Source: an uncultured Candidatus Rokubacteria bacterium (GTDB taxonomy: Bacteria; Methylomirabilota; Methylomirabilia; Rokubacteriales; CSP1-6). From it: DNA of 64,000 nt. The notes under the pieces are model-generated. The model did no database searches. It was given only the letters and a program-made list of their open reading frames with translations, and had not been told where the DNA came from. Position 1 is the first letter of the stretch. Each line of letters opens with the position of its first letter. Shown here piece after piece: positions 38,965 to 48,153 of this stretch. The stretch is taken from positions 1 through 64,000 of the forward strand of contig CAVXJS010000007.1 of assembly GCA_963762145.1 (NCBI GenBank). Reading direction: 5' to 3'. Position numbers and translations under genes: made by a program.

Positions 38965-39837
38965 CTACGCGCGCGGCACCTCGCGCACCGTGCCGGGCAG
39001 GCCGGTGCTCCCCGTGTTGAGGCCGGCCTTCCGCAGCAGGCGGCTGCCCGCGTCGTGGCCGAAGAGATCCGGACCCTGCGCGGTCAGCCCTCCGTCCACC
39101 ACGATCACCTGGCCGGTGATGAAGCGAGATTCCTCGCCGGCCAGGAAGAGCGCGGTGTCGGCGATGTGCTGCGGCAGACCGGGCTCCGGCCACGGCTGCT
39201 TCTCCTGCACCAGCCGGTCCCAGGCCTCTTCCCGATGGCCGGTGGCGAGCGGAGTCCGGATCATGCCCGGGGCGATCGCGTTGACCCGGATGCGGTGGGC
39301 GGCCAGCTCCGTGGACACCGAGCGGGTGAGGTTGGCCACCGCCGCCTTGGCCGCGGAGTAGGCGTGCGGGCCGGCCCCGCCGCCGAGGCCCGCGATCGAC
39401 GCGGTGTTGATGATGCTGCCGCCGCGGCCCTGCGCTCGCATGCGACTCGACGCGTGCTTGACGCCGAGGAACACGCCGCGCACCAGCACCGCGAAGGTGA
39501 AGTCCCATTCCTCCGTGGTGGTCTCGCCGATGGGCCCGAAGGCGCCGCCGACGCCCGCGTTGTTGAAGATGCAGTCGAGGCCCTGGAAGCGCTGGACCGC
39601 GAGGGCGACGAGGCCCGCGACGTGGAGCTCCGTCGAGACGTCTCCGTGGAGCACGGCCAGCCCACCGTCCTGGTCCTGCGCGCGGGCGAGCGCGACGGTC
39701 TCGGCGAGCCCCGCCTCGTTCAGGTCGCCGATCACCACCCGGGCCCCCTCGCGAAGAAACGTGAGCGCGGCGGCGCGGCCGATGCCGCTGCCGCCCCCGG
39801 TGATGATCGCGACCTTGCCGTCGAGGCGCCCGCTCAC
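38965..39837 (-). CDS. SDR family oxidoreductase
   Basis: TGGGSGIG, FNNAG, YSAAK. Confidence 0.92.
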   Translation of the reverse strand: MSGRLDGKVAIITGGGSGIGRAAALTFLREGARVVIGDLNEAGLAETVALARAQDQDGGLAVLHGDVSTELHVAGLVALAVQRFQGLDCIFNNAGVGGAFGPIGETTTEEWDFTFAVLVRGVFLGVKHASSRMRAQGRGGSIINTASIAGLGGGAGPHAYSAAKAAVANLTRSVSTELAAHRIRVNAIAPGMIRTPLATGHREEAWDRLVQEKQPWPEPGLPQHIADTALFLAGEESRFITGQVIVVDGGLTAQGPDLFGHDAGSRLLRKAGLNTGSTGLPGTVREVPRA

Positions 39838-39848
39838 CGCGCCGCCCG

Positions 39849-40427
39849 CTAGCCGCGCGGCTTCACCCAGGTCTCGGACCAGGCCAGGGTCGCGCTGCTG
39901 CCCTGGCGATCGCCCCGCATCTCCGCCCACACGTTGCCCGACGCCACCTTACCGTTGATCTCGAGCTGGGCCGCGCGCGCCGGGAAGAACGTGCTGAAGA
40001 CGCCGATCGGCCGGTCGTTGAAGCCGGGAGGCGCGTTGAGCACGAAGGGCTCGATGCAGTCGTACCAGCTCATCGTGACCCGCGCGTCCACCGACAGGAC
40101 CGACTCGGTCGCGCTCGACCAGGGGCCGCCCTGCCGCTCGAAGCGTGCGTTGATCACCGGGATGGATGTGTCCGCGAAGGCGGGGAAGAGCAGGGTCTCG
40201 ATGGACTTCTGCAGCCAGCGCGCCACCGCGATGTTGTCGCTGTAGATGCGGACCCGCCCGTCGGTGAGCGTGCTCTGGAGGAACAGCGCGTGGCCGCCGC
40301 CCGCCGGGCACCACAGCACCCGCCAGTGGCTCGCGCGGTCGGACAGCGTCTTGCCGCCGTCGGGGCTCAGCCGGATGAAGGAGTTCTCGCCGGTCATCAT
40401 CACCTCGTTCGGGTCAACTGGCGGCAT
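39849..40427 (-). CDS. Hypothetical protein (predicted beta-rich)
   Basis: RBS AGGAG; clean ORF MPPVDPNEVMMTGENSFIRL..; co-oriented with the SDR gene. Confidence 0.75.
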   Translation of the reverse strand: MPPVDPNEVMMTGENSFIRLSPDGGKTLSDRASHWRVLWCPAGGGHALFLQSTLTDGRVRIYSDNIAVARWLQKSIETLLFPAFADTSIPVINARFERQGGPWSSATESVLSVDARVTMSWYDCIEPFVLNAPPGFNDRPIGVFSTFFPARAAQLEINGKVASGNVWAEMRGDRQGSSATLAWSETWVKPRG

Positions 40428-40560
40428 CGGTCGTCTCCTGTGAGTGGGGTGTGCGGCCTGATGAAGATACGGGCGAAGCGGGCCCGGGGCAAGGGGCAGG
40501 CGCTCACTCACCACCAGAGGGTACGAGCCGCGCCGGCCTTCCGCGCGGCGGGCGGGGGAT

Positions 40561-41058
40561 CTAGTCCAGGACCTCGCCGCTGTCGGTCACCTGATTGCCG
40601 CCCCGGTGCGCGGCCTGCTCCAGGAGTGTCAGCGCCTGGGACAGGAGGGCGGCGTCGGTGTGACCGTCTTGCGGGAACGAGACCTTCCCCACGCTGACCG
40701 TGAGGCGCTGGGGCGCCCCGTCGGAGCTCTCCCGGAACGCGACCTGCTCGATGTTGGTGCGGATCCGCTCCGCGACTCGCAGGGCGTCCTCGCCGGCGGT
40801 GTGCAGCAGGATGATCGCGATGGCCGACGAGAGCTGCCCGACCAGGTCGGTTTCTCGCACGAACTCGGGGACCTTCTTGGTGACGGCCCGCTCGACTTCC
40901 TCCGAGATGGGTCGTTGATCGGCGGGCTCGTCCGGCCGCAAGAGGCAGACCGAGAAGAAGTCCTGGTACCGGGTGGCCCGCAGCGCCTCCCGGTTCAGGA
41001 GATGGAGGAAGGCCTCTTCGTGGAAAACTTGCGTCTCGCTATCCATGAACTCGGCCAT
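40561..41058 (-). CDS. Degenerate GGDEF-domain protein
   Basis: REALRATRY..FSV, VRETDLVG, ALRVAERIR, LTVSVG, AAHRGGNQV; GGDEF position reads LSSAI. Confidence 0.8.
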   Translation of the reverse strand: MAEFMDSETQVFHEEAFLHLLNREALRATRYQDFFSVCLLRPDEPADQRPISEEVERAVTKKVPEFVRETDLVGQLSSAIAIILLHTAGEDALRVAERIRTNIEQVAFRESSDGAPQRLTVSVGKVSFPQDGHTDAALLSQALTLLEQAAHRGGNQVTDSGEVLD

Positions 41059-41254
41059 GAGATGCCCCCTTACGACGATCATGTTACTCCGGGAGGTTCG
41101 TGATCCCATCGAACTACGGAGATCCGGGCAGAATACGCAAAGATACGGATGGGCAGTTCGGGGCCTGGGAGGCCGGTGGGGCGGAGCTTCGCGTTTTCGG
41201 CCGTTCCGCAGCCCCCGCCGACTATGAGATAGTGCTGCGCCGGGAGGCCCCACG

Positions 41255-41878
41255 ATGAGCCCACATGCCCTCTACCTGGTCCGGATGGACGTCGCCCACG
41301 ACCTCGAGCCCACGTTCAACGACGTGTACGACAAGGAGCACCTGCCGCTGCTCCAGGCGGTGCCCGGCATCGTCCGGGGCTCCCGCTATCGCCAGCCCTC
41401 GCCGACCGAGCCGCGCTACCTCGCGGCCTACGAGCTCACGAGCGCGGCCGTGCTCCAGAGCGCCGCAGTGGAAGACGGCGGGCGAGGCGGGCCGCTGGCC
41501 CAGGGAGATCCGCCCGCGCACGATGAACCGGCATCTCGCCGCCTACGAGTGGGTGGGGTCGAGCCCGGCGCTGACGTACCGGACGCCCTACATCTTCTGG
41601 GTCATGATGGACATCGAGCCCCATCGCGAGGCGCTGTTCAACGAGCTCTACGACGCCGAGCACGTGCCGCTCCTGCTCAAGCTGCCCGGCTGCGTGAACG
41701 TGGTCCGCTACCGGACCGAGACGCCGGGCGAGCCGCGCTACCTGGCGGCCTACGAGGTGGACCGGCCGACCTGCCGATGTCCAAGCTCTGGAACGACACG
41801 TCCGACATCGGCCGCTGGAAGCCCGAGGTGCGGCCGTACACCTACAACAAGAAGTACATCGTGAGCGAGCGCATCTGA
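41255..41878 (+). CDS. Tandem dimeric alpha-beta barrel (EthD-like) protein (frameshifts)
   Basis: Two internal repeats: FNDVYDKEHLP..PRYLAAYE and FNELYDAEHVP..PRYLAAYE. Confidence 0.7.
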   Translation: MSPHALYLVRMDVAHDLEPTFNDVYDKEHLPLLQAVPGIVRGSRYRQPSPTEPRYLAAYELTSAAVLQSAAVEDGGRGGPLAQGDPPAHDEPASRRLRVGGVEPGADVPDALHLLGHDGHRAPSRGAVQRALRRRARAAPAQAARLRERGPLPDRDAGRAALPGGLRGGPADLPMSKLWNDTSDIGRWKPEVRPYTYNKKYIVSERI

Positions 41879-42867
41879 TGCCCATCGACATCGCCCTGAC
41901 GTCGCTCGCGATGCCGCTCTCCGAGTTCCCCGCGATGGCCCGCGAGGCGGAAGAGCGGGGCTACCGCACCGCCTGGGTGGGCGAGGCCTCGGGCGCGGAA
42001 GCCATCGTGCTGTCCACCCTGATCGCGACGCACACCCAGACGATCAAGATCGCCAACGGGGTCATCCCGGTGCAGACGCGCACCCCGATCGTGTACGGCC
42101 AGGCCGCCGCGACGCTCGGACACCTGGCTCCGGGCCGCTTCGCCCTCGGCCTCGGGCTCTCCAGCGAGATCATCGTGGGGCAGTGGCACGGCCTGCCGTT
42201 CGCGCCTTCCATCCAGCAGATGCGGGAGGCGGTGCAGATCATCCGGATGGCCGCGGCGGGCGAGCGGGTGAACTTCGAGGGCAAGTTCTACCGGCTCAAG
42301 AACTTCCGGCTCGCGATTCCCGCCCCGTCGCTGGCGCCGCGGATCTATCTCGCCGCGCTCGGCCCGCGGATGTGCGAGCTGGCCGGCGAGGTGGCGGACG
42401 GCGTCCTGCTCAACTGGATCCCGCCCTCCGCGGTCCCCGCGTCGATGGCCCACGTGGAGGCGGGGGCCAAGCGCGCGGGGCGGAGCCTGGCGGACGTGGA
42501 CGTCGCGGTGTACGTCCGCACCTGCGTCACCGACGAGCCCGAGCCGGTGCGGGAGACGCTGGCCCGCGACATCACCGGCTACGCGATCGTGAGCGTCTAC
42601 GCCCGCTTCTTCGAGGAGTGTGGCTTCGCCGAGGAGGTGGAAGCGGTCAACCGCGCGTGGAAGGCGGGCGACCGCGCCGGCGCGGTCAAGGAGATTTCCC
42701 CCCGGGTGCTCGAGGGCCTGGGCGCGGTGGGATCGGCCGAGGCGTGTCGCGAGCAGATGGCGGCCTTCGCGCGTACCGGGGCGATCCCGGTGGTGCTGCC
42801 CTTTGCGCCGCCCGGCCCCGGCGCGCGCGCCTCGCTCCTGCGTACGTTCCGCGCGTTCCCGGCATGA
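41878..42867 (+). CDS. LLM-class flavin/F420-dependent oxidoreductase
   Basis: AEERGYRTAWVGE, GRFALGLG, IYLAALGPRM..ADGVLLN. Confidence 0.9.
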   Translation: MPIDIALTSLAMPLSEFPAMAREAEERGYRTAWVGEASGAEAIVLSTLIATHTQTIKIANGVIPVQTRTPIVYGQAAATLGHLAPGRFALGLGLSSEIIVGQWHGLPFAPSIQQMREAVQIIRMAAAGERVNFEGKFYRLKNFRLAIPAPSLAPRIYLAALGPRMCELAGEVADGVLLNWIPPSAVPASMAHVEAGAKRAGRSLADVDVAVYVRTCVTDEPEPVRETLARDITGYAIVSVYARFFEECGFAEEVEAVNRAWKAGDRAGAVKEISPRVLEGLGAVGSAEACREQMAAFARTGAIPVVLPFAPPGPGARASLLRTFRAFPA

Positions 42868-43737
42868 AGCCCGCCCCGTTCGAGTATCACCGGCCGGCGT
42901 CGCTCGCGGAGACGTTCGATCTCCTCGATCGGTACGGCGACGACGGGCGCATCCTCGCCGGGGGCCAGAGCCTCGTGCCCACGCTCAACATGCGCCTCGC
43001 CACGCCGCGCGCGGTCATCGACATCAACCGCCTGCCCGGCCTCGACGCCATCCGCGTGACGCGCCGACGGGCTCGTCGATCGGCGCGCTCGCGCGGCAGG
43101 AGGCGCTCGAGCGCTCGCCGCTCGTGCGCGAGCACGCGCCGCTCATCGCGACGGCGATGCCCGCACGTCGGCCACGCGGCGATCCGGGCGCGCGGCACCA
43201 TCGGTGGCAGCCTCGCGCTGGCCGATCCCGCCGCCGAGCTGCCCGCCTGCGTGGTCGCGCTGGACGCGACGATCCGGTCGTCGGCCGCCGCGGCGGGAGC
43301 GGGACATCGCGGCCGCGGACTTCTTTCGCGGCATCTACACGACCGCGCTCGAGCCGGGGGAGATCGTCACCGCGATCCGGTGCCGCGCGCCGCCGCCGGA
43401 TGGCGCTGGGGGTTCGAGGAGCTGGCGCGCCGCCACGGCGACTTCGCCCTCGCGGGCCTGGCCGCGGGTGCGAGGCGCACTCGAGCGGCGAGAGCGGTGT
43501 GCCGAGGCTCGGCTCGTGTTCTTCGGCGTCGGCACGAGGCCCGTGCGCGCGCGGCGCTGCCGAGGCCGCGCTGGTCGGCCGGCGCGCGGACGCGGAGGCG
43601 CTCGCCGCGGCCGGCCGGGCGCTCGACGGCGACCTCGATCCGCCCGGCGACATCCACGGCTCGCCGGCCCTGCGCCGGCATCTGGCCCGCGTGCTGCTCG
43701 CGCGCGTCGTGGGCCGGCTCGCGGAGGGCGGTCGTGA
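42864..43737 (+). CDS. Xanthine dehydrogenase/CoxM-like FAD-binding subunit (frameshifts)
   Basis: MKPAPFEYHRP, LAGGQSLVP, RGTIGGSLALADPAAELP, RRHGDFAL. Confidence 0.88.
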
Positions 43738-46609
43738 AGATCGCGCTGACCGTCAACGGCGCGCCGATGACGCGCGACGTCGAGGGGCGCCAGAACCTGG
43801 TCGACTTTCTCCGCTACGACCTCGGGCTCACCGGCTCGCACGTCGGGCTGCGAGCACGGCGTGTGCGGCGCGTGCACCGTGCGGGTGGACGGCACGCCGA
43901 TCCGCGGCTGCCTGATGCTCGCCGCCCAGGCCGACGGCTGCCGGGTGGAGACGATCGAGGGCGTCGCCGAGAGCGGCGCGATCGCCGACCTCCAGCACGC
44001 GTTCCGCGCGGAGAACGCGCTCCAGTGCGGCTTCTGCACGCCGGGCATGCTGCTGACCGCGCACGGAGCTGCTCGAGCGAGAACCCCGATCCCGATCCGG
44101 CGGCCATCCGCGAGGCCATCGGCGGCAACTACTGCCGCTGCACGGGCTATCACGCGATCGTCCAGGCGGTCCTGGGCGCGGCGCGGAGCCGATCGGCGCA
44201 AGGCGCCGGCCGCGGGCCGACCTGCGACGCCGCACCCACGCCGGCCGCTCCCGGAGAACGGCAGCTATATCGGCCGCTCGGTGGTGCGGCCCCAGACCGC
44301 GCGGCTCGTCGCGGGACGCGGCACGTACACCGACGACGTGGCGGTGATCCCGCGCCTCCTGCACGCGGCCTTCGTGCGCTCGCCGCACGCCCACGCGCGC
44401 ATCGCCGGATCGACACCGCGGAGGCGGCGGCGCTGCCCGGGGTGGTCGCCGTGGTGACCGGCCGCGAGATGGCCGCGCACTGCGAGCCGTGGGTGGGCGT
44501 GCTGAAGAACTACGCGGGCATGAAGTCGGCGCCCCAGTATCCGCTGGCGCTGGACAAGGCGGTGTGGCAGGGCGAGCCGGTGGTCGCGGTGGTGGCGGAG
44601 TCGCGCGCCCTCGCGGAGGACGGCTGCGCGCGCGTGCGCGTGACGTGGGAGCCGCTGCCGCCGGTGGTGGACGCGGAGGCCGCGCTCGCGCCCGGAGCGA
44701 CGCTCATCCATCCGGAGCTCGGCGACAACCTCGTGCTCGAGACGCGGATCAAGTCGGGCGACGTGGACGCGGCGTTCCGATCGGCCGACGCGGTGTACCG
44801 GGACACCTTCGACACCGGCCGCCACACCGTGGTCAGCCTGGAGCCGCGGGTCGTGCTGGCGGACTACGACCGGGCCGACGAGACGCTGACCGTGTACCAC
44901 TCGGGCCAGGCGCCGTACATGCTCCACGACATCCTGTCGCGCCATCTGCGGATCCCCGAGCACCGCGTGCGCGTGATCAACAAGGACGTCGGCGGCTCGT
45001 TCGGGCTCAAGATCCACACGTATCCCGACGAGATCGCGACCTGCGCGCTGGCGGTGATGCTCGGCCGGCCCGTGAAGTTCCTCGCCGACCGCATCGAGTC
45101 GTTCCAGACCGACATCCACTCGCGCGACCACCGCGTCACCGCGGAGGTCGCGGTCAAGCGCGACGGGACCATCCTCGCGATGCGCCTCGACGACCTGGCG
45201 CCGGTCGGGCCCTTCTCGATGTACCCGCGCTCGAGCGTGGTCGAGTGCGGCCAGGTGCTGCGCACGACGCCCGGCCCCTACCGCTTCCGCGACTACGAGG
45301 CGCGCGGCCGCGTGGTGCTTCCAGAACAAGACGCCGATGTCGCAGTACCGCGCGGTCGGCCACCCGGTCGCCGCGCTCGTCATGGAGGCGATGGTCGATC
45401 GCGTCGCGCGCGAGCTCGGCGCTCGATCCGGTCGAGGTGCGCCGCCGGAACCTCCTGACCGCCGACATGTACCCGTACACCGCGCCCACCGGGCTCTTCT
45501 TCGAGAAGCTCTCGCACGAGGAGTCGCTCGACGCGGTGCTGGAGCTGGCGGGCTACCGCGCGCTCTGCGCGGAGCGCGATCGGCTGCGCGCGCAGCGGCG
45601 TCTACCGCGGGCTCGGCCTCTGCGTGTTCATCGACCTGACGGTGCCGGGCGCCCAGACCTACGGCACCGGCGGGGCGCGCATCTCGTCGCAGGACGGCAC
45701 GACGATCCGGCTCGAGCCGAGCGGCAAGCTGACGGTGCATCTCGAGCGTGACCGAGCAGGGGCAGGGGACCGACACCATCCTCGCCCAGGTGGCGGCGGC
45801 GACGGTGGGCGTGGCGATCGAGGACGTGCGCGTGGTGACGGGTGACACGATGGTGACGCCGTACGGCGGCGGCACCTGGGGCAGCCGCGGCGCGGGCATC
45901 GGCGGCGAGGCGACGATCCTGACGGGCAAGGCGCTGAAGGAGAACATCCTGAAGGTCGCCGCGGTCGTGCTCGAGGTGGACGCGCTCGCCCTCGACGTCC
46001 GGGGCGGGCAGATCGTCGACGCGCGGACCGGCGAGTCGCGCATGCCGCTCTCCGAGCTCGGGCGCGTGGCGTACTTCCGCCCGGATCACGCTGCCGAAGG
46101 ACTTCCAGTCCGAGCTGACGGTGACGCGGCACTACGTGCCCCGCCATCAGCCGCTCGCCTACACGAACGGCGTGCAGCTCTCCTACGTCGAGGTCGACGT
46201 GGAGACCGGGTTCGTGAAGCTCCTCGGCCACTGGGTGGCGGAGGACTGCGGCCGCATCATCAACCCGATGCTGGTGGACGAGCAGGTGCGCGGCGGCGTC
46301 GCCCACGGCATCGGCGACGCGCTCTTCGAGCACTGCGTCTACGACGAGCAGGGCCAGCTCCTGACGACGACGATGATGGACTACCTCGTCCCGATGGCGG
46401 TGGAGATGCCCGACATCGGGGTCGCCCACGTCGAGACGCCGACCGCCTACTCCGAGGGCGGCTTCAAGGGCGCGGGCGAGGGCGGCGTCGCGGGCGCGCC
46501 CGGCGCGGTGCTCAACGCGGTCAACGACGCGCTCAGCCCCTTCAAGGCGCGCGTCACCCGCGTGCCCATGACCCCCGAGGTCATCCTGCGCGCCCTCGGC
46601 AAGCTGTAG
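43734..46609 (+). CDS. CoxS-like 2Fe-2S domain plus CoxL-like molybdopterin subunit, apparently fused (frameshifts)
   Basis: GCEHGVCGACTV, QCGFCTPG, NYCRCTGY, then YIGRSV, VGGSFGLK, QYRAVGHP, QGQGT, KGAGEGG. No stop or ATG in any frame across 44141-44280. Confidence 0.85.
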
Positions 46610-46626
46610 AAGGGTTTCCTCCTCTC

Positions 46627-46661
46627 CCCTCTCCCCTCCGGGGAGAGGGCAGGGTGAGGGG
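46627..46661. repeat. REP-like palindrome, copy 1
   Basis: CCCTCTCCCC-TCC-GGGGAGAGGG hairpin followed by CAGGGTGAGGGG. Confidence 0.85.
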
Positions 46662-46714
46662 TCGGAGGGTGAGGGTCAGAGGCTGAGGGGCCGAGCTGTC
46701 AGACCCTCGCGACA

Positions 46715-46744
46715 TTGACGCCCACTCCGTCGCCGCGCTAGCCT
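46715..46744 (+). promoter_or_regulatory. Putative sigma-70 promoter for a leaderless Uma2 transcript
   Basis: TTGACG-N18-TAGCCT, 6 nt before ATG 46751; no SD sequence. Confidence 0.5.
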
Positions 46745-46750
46745 CCACGC

Positions 46751-47329
46751 ATGGAGACCTACCCCACCCGTCTCCGCCGCTGGACCCGAGCCGAGTACGC
46801 ACGCCTGATCGAGGCCGGCATCTTCCAGCCGGGCGAGCCGGTCGAGCTGCTCGGCGGGGAGCTGATGGTCAGCGAGCCCCAGGGCAGCGCGCACTACACG
46901 GCGATCGGCCTCGTGGAGGACGCGCTCCGCGCCGTGCTCGGACGGGGTTGGCTGATCCGATCCCAGGGGCCCATCGCGCTCACCGACGACTCCGAACCGG
47001 AGCCCGACGTCGCGGTGACCCGCGGCACCCGGCGCGACTACCGCGACGAGCACCCCGCGCGCCCCGCGCTCGTCGTCGAGTTCGCCGAGTCCAGCCTGGC
47101 GCTCGATCGTGAGCACAAGGGGAGCCTCTACGCGCAGGCAGGAGTGGCCGAGTACTGGATCCTGAACCTCGCGGCTCGGGTGCTCGAGGTATACCGCGAG
47201 CCGCGTGTGGATCCCACTGCCCGCTTCGGGTGGCGGTACGGGTGGACCGATGTGCTGTCCTCCGGGTCGTCGGCCGCACCGCTCGTGGCGCCGGGGGCAC
47301 GGATCTCGGTGGCGGAGCTGCTGCCGTAG
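46751..47329 (+). CDS. Uma2 family PD-(D/E)XK endonuclease
   Basis: RRWTRAEY, VELLGG, SEPEPDVAV, LVVEFAESSL..DREHKGSLYAQAGVAEYWILNL. Confidence 0.92.
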   Translation: METYPTRLRRWTRAEYARLIEAGIFQPGEPVELLGGELMVSEPQGSAHYTAIGLVEDALRAVLGRGWLIRSQGPIALTDDSEPEPDVAVTRGTRRDYRDEHPARPALVVEFAESSLALDREHKGSLYAQAGVAEYWILNLAARVLEVYREPRVDPTARFGWRYGWTDVLSSGSSAAPLVAPGARISVAELLP

Positions 47330-47345
47330 CCCCTCACCCCGAGAG

Positions 47346-47427
47346 CCCCTCACCCCGGCCCTCTCCCCAGAGGGGAGAGGGAGAAGTCATCACCCTCTCC
47401 CCTCTGGGGAGAGGGGAGGGTGAGGGG
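47346..47427. repeat. REP-like palindrome doublet (copies 2 and 3, inverted)
   Basis: CCCCTCACCCCGGCCCTCTCCCCAGAGGGGAGAGGG (47346-47381) and CCCTCTCCCCTCTGGGGAGAGGGGAGGGTGAGGGG (47393-47427); partial copy at 47330-47340. Confidence 0.85.
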
Positions 47428-47432
47428 AGGTT

Positions 47433-48142
47433 CTAGACTCCGAGGTAGCGGCGGCGGGCCTCCGCGTCGCCCGCGAGGTCGCGTGAGCGGGCCTCGTGCT
47501 TGATCATGCCCTTCTCGATCACGTAGACGCGCTGGGTGGCCTCGAGAGCGAGCCGCGTGTTCTGCTCGACCAGGAGCACCGCGACGCCCTGGCGCTGGAT
47601 CTCGAGTGATGGTGCGGCCGATCGTCTCGACGAAGGCGGGCATGAGGCCCTCGGTGGGCTCGTCGATGAGCAGGAGCTTGGGGTTCGGTGCCGAGGCTGC
47701 GCGCCATCGTCAGCATCTGCTGCTCGCCGCCGCTCAGCGTCTTGCCCTTGTTGGAGAGGCGGTCGGCGAGGGGCGGGAAGAGCTCGACGCACCCGCGCCA
47801 GGTACTCGTCCATGCGCCGGCCGCCGTCGGTGGTGAGGCGCGCCATCTTGAGGTTCTCGTACACGCTCAGGTTGGGGAAGATCCGCCGCTCCTCGGGGAC
47901 GTAGCCGATGCCCGCGCTGCACGATGCGGTAGGGCGGCAGGGCCGTGATGTCGTCGCCGTTCCACGTGATGCGGCCCCGGCGCGCGCGCACGCACCGCCA
48001 TGATCGTCTTGAGCGTCGTGGTCTTGCCGGCGCCGTTGCGGCCGAGCAGCGCGACCGCCTCGCCGGCCTCGACGGTGAGGGACACGCCCTGCAGCACGTG
48101 GCTCAGGCCGTAGTAGGCGTCGACGCTCTCGACTCGGAGCAT
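47433..48142 (-). CDS. livF: Branched-chain amino acid ABC ATPase, LivF-like (frameshifts)
   Basis: LLGRNGAGKTT, LSGGEQQML, DEPTEG, LLVEQN. Confidence 0.88.
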
Positions 48143-48153
48143 GGGTCGCCGCC

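Noticed and set aside
42864-46609. Aerobic form I CO dehydrogenase
   Set aside because: It lacks the AYxCSFR loop, and no coxDEFG accessory genes are present.
46610-47432. CRISPR array or IS element
   Set aside because: Only three palindromes with no regular spacers, no cas genes and no transposase motifs.
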